Positions 19,412-27,238 of a stretch of 64,000 bases of DNA are shown one piece after another. The DNA lies in assembly GCF_039541115.1 (NCBI RefSeq), contig NZ_BAABFP010000007.1, positions 124,001 through 188,000 on the forward strand, in the 5' to 3' direction. The first letter of the stretch is position 1; every line of letters begins with the position of its first letter. The notes beneath the pieces are model-generated. The model made no database searches. It saw only the letters and a list, made by a program, of their open reading frames with translations, and was not told where the DNA came from. The position numbers and the translations under genes were made by a program. This DNA is from Angustibacter luteus. Its GTDB lineage: Bacteria > Actinomycetota > Actinomycetes > Actinomycetales > Angustibacteraceae.

Positions 19412-21775
19412 CTACTGCTTGAGCATCGCGGCAGCCATCCGGTGCTCCGGTTCGATCAGGTGGCTGTGGTCGTCGTCCCCGGCGTCGAGTCTGACCCAGC
19501 TGATGGTGCCGGTGAACTCGTTGCCGGTCGGTCCGTAGTCCGGGGACACCGGGGAGGCGACGTCCATGCCGATGTCGACGGTCTCGTCGAGCGAGAACGT
19601 GAACGGGATGGTGCGCTCCACCCGGCCCTCGCCGACCTGGGTGTCGCCGTCGAAGAGCGTGACCGTGCCGCCCTTGCCCAGTCCGCCGCCGTCGTAGGCG
19701 AAGTGCGCACGGACCTCCCGGGTGCCAGGCCCCAGAGGTTCGTCGGCGTGGATCACCGAGGTCATGATCGCCAAGGTGTTGTAGCAGAACGCGAGCCGGC
19801 CCTCGTGGACGTAGAAGCTCCACCCGCCGTACGCCCCGCCCTGCGCGATGATCACCCCGTTGGCGCCGGCGCCCGGGACGGTGACCTTGGACGTCGCGCT
19901 GAACGACTTGTTCTTGACCCCGACGACGCAGTTCTCGTTGAGGCGCTTCATGCCCGGGTAGAGGATCTGGGTGTCGCCGTCCAAGATCTTCGGCCGCCCG
20001 ACCAGGTCGGCGTTGAATCGCTCGGCGGAACGCACGTCCATGGGGAGCACGTTGAACCGGGCCGCCTGGATCAGGAACAGCTGCTGGAGGTGCGCCAGCC
20101 GGGCCGGCTCCTGCTCGGCGAGGTCGTTCGACTGGGTCCAGTCCTCCTCGACGTTGTAGAGCTCCCACACGTCGTCGTCCAGGCCCCGGGTCGAGCCGGC
20201 CCAGGGATCCTTGTGCTTCGCGACGGCGGTCCAGCCCCGGTGGTAGATCGCGCGGTTGCCGACCATCTCGAAGTACTGGGTGAGGTGCTGCTCCTCGGCG
20301 TCGGCGTCGTCGAAGGTGTAGTTCATCGGCGTGCCCTCGTAGGGGCGCTGGGTGACGCCGTGCACCGTCGAGGGCTCGGGGATGCCCGCGGCCTGGAGCA
20401 CCGTGGGCGCGACGTCGATGCAGTGCGCGAACTGGTGTCGGATCTCGCCGCGCGCCCGGATCCCGTTGGGCCAGCTGACGATGGTGCCGTTGCGGGTGCC
20501 GCCCCAGTGCGAGGCGACCTGCTTCGTCCACTGGTACGGCGTGTCCATCGCGTGCGCCCAGCCGATGGCGTAGTGGTTGTAGGAGTTGGGCGTGCCGAGG
20601 TCAGCCTGGTGGTCGATCAGGTAGGCGTCGTCCTCCATGTCCATCATGTGGTTGAGCAGGAAGCTCTCGTTGGTGGTGCCCTTCATCGTGCCCTCGGCCG
20701 AGGCCCCGTTGTCGCCGATGATCACGTAGACCAGCGTGTCGTCGAGGACGCCGAGCTCGTCCAGGGCGTCGAGCAGGCGGCCGGTGTGGTGGTCGGCGTA
20801 CTCGAGGTAGCCGGCGTACACCTCCATCTCACGGGCCAGGACCGGGTGCAGCTCGGGGTTCATCTCGTCCCAGGCGGGGATGCCCTCGCTGCGCGGGGTG
20901 AGCACGGCGTCCTGGGGGATGACACCGAGCTCCTTCTGCCGGGCGAACGTCTCCTCGCGGACCTTGTCCCAACCCTGGTCGAACCTCCCGGCGTACTTGT
21001 CCGCCCACTCCGCGGGGACGTGGTGCGGGGCGTGGGTCGCACCGGGCGCGAAGTAGGTGAAGAACGGCTTGTCGGGAGCGAGCGCCTTCTGCTGCTTGGT
21101 CCAGGCGATCGCCTTGTCGGTCATGTCGCCCATGAAGTGGTAGCCCTCCTCGGGCGTGCCCCAGGGCTCGACCGGCATCGTGCCCTCGTAGATCGCCGGG
21201 TACCACTGGTTGGTCTCGCCGCCGATGAACCCGTAGAAGTGCTCGAACCCACCGCCCGGGCTCGGCCACTGGTCGAACGGTCCGACCGGGCTGGCCTGCC
21301 AGACGGGAACCTCGTGGCACTTGCCGAACTGGGCGGTGCTGTAGCCGTTGAGCTTGAGGGTCTCGGCGAGCGGGGCGCAGTTGTTGGGCCGAATGGAGCT
21401 GTAGCCCGGCGCGCTCGTCGCGAGCTCCGTGATCGCTGCCATGCCCACCGTGTGGTGGTTGCGACCGGCGAGCAGCGCCGCGCGCGTGGGGGAGCACAGT
21501 GCCGTGGTGTGGAATCGCGTGTACTTCAGCCCGGCGGCCGCGACCCGATCGAAGCTCGGGGTGTCGATCGGACCCCCGAACGCGCTGGACGCACCGAAGC
21601 CGACGTCGTCGATCAGGACGATCAGCACGTTGGGCGCACCCTCGGGCGGCGTCAGCTTCTCGATCGGCGGGAAGTGGGTATCCGGATCGGTGGCGTCGTA
21701 CGTGACCGGGCCGGTGTAGGCCAGGTCGGGGATCGGGAGCGAGCCACGCTGAACTGACCTCCGAGCTGAAACCAC
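19412..21775 (-). CDS. Arylsulfatase (formylglycine-dependent, Cys type) with C-terminal beta-sandwich domain
   Basis: PNVLIVLIDDVGFG, LCSPTRAALLAGR (CxPxR), GKCH, ATHAPHH and GDNGAS motifs. Confidence 0.92.
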   Translation of the reverse strand: MVSARRSVQRGSLPIPDLAYTGPVTYDATDPDTHFPPIEKLTPPEGAPNVLIVLIDDVGFGASSAFGGPIDTPSFDRVAAAGLKYTRFHTTALCSPTRAALLAGRNHHTVGMAAITELATSAPGYSSIRPNNCAPLAETLKLNGYSTAQFGKCHEVPVWQASPVGPFDQWPSPGGGFEHFYGFIGGETNQWYPAIYEGTMPVEPWGTPEEGYHFMGDMTDKAIAWTKQQKALAPDKPFFTYFAPGATHAPHHVPAEWADKYAGRFDQGWDKVREETFARQKELGVIPQDAVLTPRSEGIPAWDEMNPELHPVLAREMEVYAGYLEYADHHTGRLLDALDELGVLDDTLVYVIIGDNGASAEGTMKGTTNESFLLNHMMDMEDDAYLIDHQADLGTPNSYNHYAIGWAHAMDTPYQWTKQVASHWGGTRNGTIVSWPNGIRARGEIRHQFAHCIDVAPTVLQAAGIPEPSTVHGVTQRPYEGTPMNYTFDDADAEEQHLTQYFEMVGNRAIYHRGWTAVAKHKDPWAGSTRGLDDDVWELYNVEEDWTQSNDLAEQEPARLAHLQQLFLIQAARFNVLPMDVRSAERFNADLVGRPKILDGDTQILYPGMKRLNENCVVGVKNKSFSATSKVTVPGAGANGVIIAQGGAYGGWSFYVHEGRLAFCYNTLAIMTSVIHADEPLGPGTREVRAHFAYDGGGLGKGGTVTLFDGDTQVGEGRVERTIPFTFSLDETVDIGMDVASPVSPDYGPTGNEFTGTISWVRLDAGDDDHSHLIEPEHRMAAAMLKQ

Positions 21776-21911
21776 GATCCCGCCTCTTCCGTCGACTGAA
21801 GACTGGTTGCTGGTCCCCAGCCTCCGACGAATGCCACGGTTTGCGTTCCCCCGGTTCGGGTGAGGTCCCGGCGGCGTGGCACCACACCAGCCGAGCCGTG
21901 CCGCCCGTCCT

Positions 21912-22577
21912 TCAACCCGTGACCTTCCGGGTGGCGAGCCGGCGGCCGGCGGCCGGCATCACCGCCGAGTGCTGCTCGAGGAACCTGCTGAGCGCGGCCG
22001 GATCTCGTTGTCCCGCATGGGCCAGGAAGATGCCGGCGGCCTTGTGCACGGACGGTTCGGCGTCGGTGCACAGAATGGTGGCGACGTCGAAGCCGGCCGC
22101 GAGATCCGCCGGAGAGCCGTGCCGGGTGAACCACAGCGGCGCCGTCATGGCGGACCGCCGCCGCAGCGGCTCGACCGAGCCCGCCAGCTCGTGCAGGACG
22201 TCGTACGGGCCGGCGGCCAGGGCCGCGCCGACGACGCGTGGCGCGGCGCGGTCGACCATGTCCCACGTCGTGATCCGGTCGTGGTGGCCCAGGTAGGTCG
22301 AGCAGAGCACCCGGCTCCCCACGTCCTTGCGGGCCTGGAAGTCCAGGATGCTGAACGCGACCATCCGCGCCTCGTACGTGGGTTCGACCACGAGCCGCTC
22401 CCACTCGTCGAGCGGCATCGCGGTCGCCGCCTTGGCGACGTCGAACACGGACCTCATCCGGACGCCGATGGCAGGCTCGGCCGGGTCGAGTCGCCGTCGC
22501 ACCTTGGCCAGCTCGTCAGCCGATGCCAGCGACTGCAGCTCGTCGACGACGGCACCAGCGGTCGGCAGCGCGCCCAT
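21912..22577 (-). CDS. DNA alkylation repair protein (AlkD/HEAT-like family)
   Basis: IGVRM, YEARM, ITTWDMVDRAAP and VHKAAGIFLAHAG motifs. Confidence 0.8.
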   Translation of the reverse strand: MGALPTAGAVVDELQSLASADELAKVRRRLDPAEPAIGVRMRSVFDVAKAATAMPLDEWERLVVEPTYEARMVAFSILDFQARKDVGSRVLCSTYLGHHDRITTWDMVDRAAPRVVGAALAAGPYDVLHELAGSVEPLRRRSAMTAPLWFTRHGSPADLAAGFDVATILCTDAEPSVHKAAGIFLAHAGQRDPAALSRFLEQHSAVMPAAGRRLATRKVTG

Positions 22578-22609
22578 CCACCGGAGCGTAGCGATGCCCC
22601 CAGCGCGCG

Positions 22610-22641
22610 GACGCCGAATCGTCGTGACGCCGAATCGTCGT
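22610..22641. repeat. Perfect 2 x 16-bp direct repeat gacgccgaatcgtcgt in a divergent intergenic region
   Basis: Read directly from the sequence. Confidence 0.85.
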
Positions 22642-22675
22642 GGACGCTGGAGCCGCCGTCCAGGATGCTGGGTCG

Positions 22676-24217
22676 GTGGACGAGAGCGCCGCGGATGCGC
22701 CTGACGTCGAGCGGCCGCCGCTCGCCGACCCCACGGACGCCACCAGCACCCCCGAGCTCCCCGCGGTCGCGGTCGTTCCCCTGGCCCTCGTCTCCGGCCT
22801 CACGGTCCTGGTCCTGCTCGTCCTGGCCCCGCACTACGGCTACTTCCGCGACGAGCTGTACTTCCTGGCCGCAGGCCGGCACCTGGCCTGGGGCTACCCC
22901 GACCAGGGCGTGCTGACGCCGGCCCTGGCCCGGGTGGCCGACGAGCTCGCGCAGCACTCGTTGCTCGCCCTGCGCACACCGGCCGCGCTGCTCACCGGCG
23001 TCACGGTGCTGGCCGCCGGGCTGACTGCCCGGGAGGTCGGCGGGGGACGGCTGGCCCAGCTGCTCGCCGCGGTCGCCGTGGCCACCGGCACCCTCACCCT
23101 GCTCACCGGTCACCTGCTGGCCACCTCCACCGCCGACCTGACGGTCTGGGTGGTGATCGGCTGGCTCACCACGCGCCTCCTGCGCACCCGGGACACCCGG
23201 CTGTGGCTCGTGCTAGGGGCGGTGTGTGGTCTGGGTCTGACGAACAAGGACCTGCCGCTCGCGCTGGCTGGCGCCACGGTCCTGGCGATCGCGATCGACC
23301 CCGGCGCCCGTCGGCTCCTGGCCAGTGGCTGGCTCGCCGCCGGGGCGGGCGCCGCGCTGCTGGCCTGGGCGCCAGGGCTGGTCTGGCAGGCCCGGCACGG
23401 CTGGCCGCAGGTCGAGCTGGCCGGGCAGATCCGCGACGAGTACGGCGTCCTGGGCGAGCGCATCGGCTTCCTCGCGATCCAGCTCACCATCTTCAGCGTC
23501 GGCGCCACGCTGGTGATGATCCCCGGCATCTGGATGCTGCTGCGGGACAAGGACTTCCGCGCCTACCGGCCGCTGGTCTGGATCGCCGCCATCGTGCTCG
23601 TCGTGTTCATCGTGACCGCCGGCCAGGTGTACTACCCGGCTGGCGCCTACGTGCCGTTGATCGCGGCCGGCGCGGTGGCCCTGGAGGCGCGCGGCGCCAG
23701 CTGGCGCAGCATCGCGATCGTGGTGGCGACGGCGGCCCTGCTGTTCCCGGCGGCGCTGCCGCTGCTGCCCGCGACCACGTTGGCGGACTCGCCGTGGAGC
23801 GGCCTGGGGGAGCAGCAGCGCGAGAGCGTCGGCTGGACCGACCTGGTCGACCAGGTCGCCGGTGCCTACGAGTCGATCCCGGCCGCCGAGCGTGCGTCCT
23901 CGGTCGTGTTCACCAGCAACTACGGGGAGGCTGGCGCGGTCGATGAGCTGGGCGCGGCCCGCGGCCTGCCAGCCGCCTACAGCGGGCACAACGGCTACGG
24001 GCTGTGGGGTCCACCGCCGCAGAGCATGACGGGCCCGGTCGTCGTGGTGGCGGAGGGGAGCCGACCGGACGACGTCTTCGACGGCTGCGACGAGGGACGC
24101 AAGGTCACCGGCCCCGTGCCCAACGAGGAACGGGATGAGGCGTGGATCTACGTCTGCGAAGGGCCCCGGGGTAGCTGGGGGGCTGTCTGGGCGGCGCTGG
24201 AGCACCTATCGTCATGA
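22676..24217 (+). CDS. GT-C fold membrane glycosyltransferase (ArnT/PMT, GT39/83-like)
   Basis: YGYFRDELYFLAAGRHLAWGYPDQ, many TM helices, C-terminal NYGEAGA...SGHNGYGLWGPP. Start at 22676 or 22640. Confidence 0.85.
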   Translation: MDESAADAPDVERPPLADPTDATSTPELPAVAVVPLALVSGLTVLVLLVLAPHYGYFRDELYFLAAGRHLAWGYPDQGVLTPALARVADELAQHSLLALRTPAALLTGVTVLAAGLTAREVGGGRLAQLLAAVAVATGTLTLLTGHLLATSTADLTVWVVIGWLTTRLLRTRDTRLWLVLGAVCGLGLTNKDLPLALAGATVLAIAIDPGARRLLASGWLAAGAGAALLAWAPGLVWQARHGWPQVELAGQIRDEYGVLGERIGFLAIQLTIFSVGATLVMIPGIWMLLRDKDFRAYRPLVWIAAIVLVVFIVTAGQVYYPAGAYVPLIAAGAVALEARGASWRSIAIVVATAALLFPAALPLLPATTLADSPWSGLGEQQRESVGWTDLVDQVAGAYESIPAAERASSVVFTSNYGEAGAVDELGAARGLPAAYSGHNGYGLWGPPPQSMTGPVVVVAEGSRPDDVFDGCDEGRKVTGPVPNEERDEAWIYVCEGPRGSWGAVWAALEHLSS

Positions 24218-24248
24218 AGGTGACCTGACGGGCAGATCGGGCACTTCG

Positions 24249-24274
24249 CTCAGGTTCGCGGCCCGGACGCCGAC
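24249..24274 (+). promoter_or_regulatory. Candidate FliA/WhiG (sigma28-family) promoter
   Basis: CTCA-N16-GCCGAC upstream of the 24327 gene. Confidence 0.4.
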
Positions 24275-24326
24275 GGGACAAGGAGATGTGACTGACATCG
24301 GGATCTGAGTCCTGGGGAGCCCCTGC

Positions 24327-25868
24327 ATGCGAACGTTCGCCCGCCGTCCTGTGCACGCCGTGGTCGTGGTCCTCGCGGTCTGCGCCAGTGTGCTGCTGGC
24401 CACCACCAACGCGTCGGCCTCGCCGTTGAGCGAGGGCAGGCTGCCCACGTTCGGCAAGGCGATCGAGGGGTACGCGCCGTACCAGCCCCAGCTGACCTGC
24501 TCCGCCGGCGCCCAGAAGGGTGCGGTGCTGATGTCCCGTTGGCTGCTCAAGCGCTACCCGGGCAGCTCGTCGTCCGGGATCATGCGCGGGTGCACCGTCG
24601 GGTCCCGCAGCGAGCACAAGGACGGGCGCGCGTTCGACTGGCACGTGGACTTCCGCACCAAGAAGGGCAAGGCGCAGGGGCTGGCGTTCCTCAACCTGGC
24701 CCGGGCCACGGACCGGTACGGCAACCAGCACGCCATCGCCCGTCGGCTGGGCATCATGTACATCATCTGGAACGACCGGATCTACTCGGCCAGCAACGGC
24801 TTCCACGCCCGCCCGTACCGCAACGGCGCCTGCCCGCCGGGCCCGCTGTCGAAGTGCAGCTCGACGCTGCGGCACCGCGACCACATGCACATCTCGCTGG
24901 GCTGGTCCGGCGCCAAGGCGGTCACCTCGTTCTTCGACGGCACCGTCGCCGGCGTCACCTTCGGGCCGCGGCCGGTCCTGAACCAGGTCAAGCACCCCGT
25001 GGTCACCGTTCGGGTGCCTGCGACCGAGAAGCTCGTGCACACCGAGTTCGCGCTGCGCAAGGGCACGAAGTACCGCCTGGTCGCCACCGGCTACTACCGC
25101 GCGGCGGCCGGCACCAGGCTCGCCGACGCCGGTTGCTCCTGGCGCAACGACAACGACCTCGGCTGGTCCCCCCAGGCCCAGCAGACGACCTCCACCACCA
25201 AGCTCAAGCTGAGGGTCGGTACGTCGGCGGGCTGGGCTCCGGCCCGCGGGCTGGGCCGCTGCGACACGACGTCGCACACGTACGTCTGGGACTACACGCC
25301 GTCCGTCACGGCGCCGATGACGCTGTCGATCGATGACGGGCTGCTGACCAACAACAGCGGTGGGCTGACCCTGCGGGTGCTGCGCGCCGGCGCCTCCACG
25401 GCGGCCTACACGACGACCGTCCCTGCCGCGCCGAAGGCACCCACGACGGCGTACTCCGCCCCGAGCGGACCGGAGCTGACGGCTCCCGAGACCGTCCCGG
25501 TGGACGCCGTCCACGGCGGGCGCAGCGCCGGTTGGCTGCGGGCCGGTCAGCCGTACACGCTCACGGTCTCCGGCACCTGGCGGGCCGGCGAGGGACTGCT
25601 CGCGGACGCGGAGTGCACGAAGGCCCCGACCGGTCAGTGGGCGCTGCAGCGCTCGTCCGACCCGCTGCACCCGGCGCTGGACAGCTACGACCTGTTCGCG
25701 AACGGCACCGCCGTCGTGCCGGACGTCGCGGGTTGCCAGTCGAGCCACACGTACACCTACACGTACGTGCCCGCCCAGGACACCCGGCTGTCGCTCGCGG
25801 TGTGGGACACCGCGAGCAGCGACGACAGCGGTGCCCTGGCGGTGCAGGTCGAGCCGCGGGTCAGCTGA
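24327..25868 (+). CDS. Secreted protein: Zn-peptidase-like (H-x6-D...H) domain plus two tandem beta-sandwich (LecA/PA-IL-like) domains
   Basis: Signal peptide ending ASA; SEHKDGRAFD...HRDHMHIS; internal duplication ending DDGLLTNNSGGLTLRV and WDTASSDDSGALAVQV. Confidence 0.75.
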   Translation: MRTFARRPVHAVVVVLAVCASVLLATTNASASPLSEGRLPTFGKAIEGYAPYQPQLTCSAGAQKGAVLMSRWLLKRYPGSSSSGIMRGCTVGSRSEHKDGRAFDWHVDFRTKKGKAQGLAFLNLARATDRYGNQHAIARRLGIMYIIWNDRIYSASNGFHARPYRNGACPPGPLSKCSSTLRHRDHMHISLGWSGAKAVTSFFDGTVAGVTFGPRPVLNQVKHPVVTVRVPATEKLVHTEFALRKGTKYRLVATGYYRAAAGTRLADAGCSWRNDNDLGWSPQAQQTTSTTKLKLRVGTSAGWAPARGLGRCDTTSHTYVWDYTPSVTAPMTLSIDDGLLTNNSGGLTLRVLRAGASTAAYTTTVPAAPKAPTTAYSAPSGPELTAPETVPVDAVHGGRSAGWLRAGQPYTLTVSGTWRAGEGLLADAECTKAPTGQWALQRSSDPLHPALDSYDLFANGTAVVPDVAGCQSSHTYTYTYVPAQDTRLSLAVWDTASSDDSGALAVQVEPRVS

Positions 25869-25886
25869 GGGCGCGGCTGGCCCCGC

Positions 25887-26615
25887 TCAGAGCTGCACGC
25901 CGCCGACGAGCAGGCCGATGCCGTAGGTGACGGCCATGGCCAGCGCGCCACCGATCACGTTGCGGCGCATGGCCCGCAGCCGGTCGGCGTTGCCGATCCG
26001 GGCCGACAGCCAGCCGGTCAGCGCGAGGGCGAGCACCACGGCCACGAAGGTCACGGGCACGCGCAGGGCGACCGGCGGGAGCAGGATCGCGAGCATCGGC
26101 AGCAGCGCGCCGACGACGAAGGACGACGCGGACGCCGCCGCCGCGTGCCAGGGGTTGGTCAGGTCGTCGGGGTCCAGTCCGAGCTCGGCGTCCACGTGGG
26201 CGGCGAACGCGTCGTGCTCGGTCAGCTCCTCGGCGACCTCACGGGCCAGGTCGGCCGACAGGCCCTTCTCCTGGTAGATCCCGGTCAGCTCGTCGAGCTC
26301 CTCGGCCGGCATCTCGCGCAGCTCGCGGCGTTCCTGCTCGAGCAGCGCGAGCTCGGTGTCGCGTTGCGTGCTGACCGAGACGTACTCGCCGGCGGCCATC
26401 GACAGGGCGCCGGCCACCAGGCCCGCGACACCGGCGGTGACGATCGTCTGGCGCTCGGTGGTGGCGCCCGCCACACCGACGACGATGCCGGCCACCGACA
26501 CGATGCCGTCGTTGGCGCCGAGCACGGCTGCGCGCAACCAGTTGAGCTGGGCGCCGATCGACTGGCTGTGCTCCTCGCCGGGGTGGGCTCGGACGGGCTG
26601 CGCTGCACTGCTCAC
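25887..26615 (-). CDS. VIT1/CCC1 family iron/manganese transporter
   Basis: LNWLRAAVLGANDGIVS, GALSMAAGEYVSVSTQRD and NPWHAA motifs; TACGAT -10 box 6 nt before GTG 26615. Confidence 0.93.
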   Translation of the reverse strand: MSSAAQPVRAHPGEEHSQSIGAQLNWLRAAVLGANDGIVSVAGIVVGVAGATTERQTIVTAGVAGLVAGALSMAAGEYVSVSTQRDTELALLEQERRELREMPAEELDELTGIYQEKGLSADLAREVAEELTEHDAFAAHVDAELGLDPDDLTNPWHAAAASASSFVVGALLPMLAILLPPVALRVPVTFVAVVLALALTGWLSARIGNADRLRAMRRNVIGGALAMAVTYGIGLLVGGVQL

Positions 26616-26651
26616 CGAGGCATCGTAGTTCGTGGTCGAAGCGTCAGCCAC

Positions 26652-26670
26652 GAAGGAAAGGCTTGCCTCA
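26652..26670. promoter_or_regulatory. IdeR/DtxR-like iron box
   Basis: GAAGGAAAGGCTTGCCTCA matches TWAGGTWAGSCTWACCTWA at 15 of 19 positions; lies between the ferritin and VIT1 genes. Confidence 0.7.
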
Positions 26671-26686
26671 GAACGGATCTGGCTGC

Positions 26687-27214
26687 CTAGAGCGCGCCAC
26701 CGGCCGCGGCCGGGGCGGTCGGGTCGGCCTGCGCGCCGGCCATCTCGCGGGCCACGAAGTCCTCGAGGTGGAACAGGTTGTCGCCGGCCCGGCGGGCGAT
26801 CGCGAGCAGCGTCGTCATGGACGCGACCTCCTCGACCTGCTCCTTCAGGAACCACTGCATGAACTGCTCACCGCGGTAGTCGCCTTCGTCCCGCGCGGTC
26901 CGGGCGAGCGCCTCGATCTGTCCGGTGACGACGCGCTCCTGGTTCAGCGCCAGCTCGATGGGGGCGATCACGTCCTCGAAGTCGCTGGTCACGTCGTCCA
27001 CCCCCGGGACGAGGACCTTGGCGTCACTGTCGAGCAGGTACTGCACCATCATCATCGCGTGGTTGCGCTCCTCGACGGCCTGCGCGTAGAAGTGCGCGGC
27101 CAGCTGGGGCATGTCGAAGTCGTCGAACCACACGGCGACGGCGACGTACTGCTGCGACGCGGTGAACTCGTGACGGATCTGCTGACGCAGGAGGTCGAGG
27201 AAGGCGTTTCCCAT
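26687..27214 (-). CDS. ftn: Non-heme ferritin (BfrB/Ftn-like)
   Basis: Ferroxidase ligands in QIRHEFTASQQY, EERNHA, QERVVT and QWFLKEQVEE. Confidence 0.93.
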   Translation of the reverse strand: MGNAFLDLLRQQIRHEFTASQQYVAVAVWFDDFDMPQLAAHFYAQAVEERNHAMMMVQYLLDSDAKVLVPGVDDVTSDFEDVIAPIELALNQERVVTGQIEALARTARDEGDYRGEQFMQWFLKEQVEEVASMTTLLAIARRAGDNLFHLEDFVAREMAGAQADPTAPAAAGGAL

Positions 27215-27238
27215 GCCGGCGAGCCTAGTGGGCGGGCG

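Noticed and set aside
1659..21757. Other very long overlapping ORFs (1659-4268, 4093-6396 upstream part, 11313-14153, 17394-20531, 19160-21757)
   Set aside because: Arg/Gly/Pro-rich or antisense-frame translations with no motifs, each overlapping well-supported genes.
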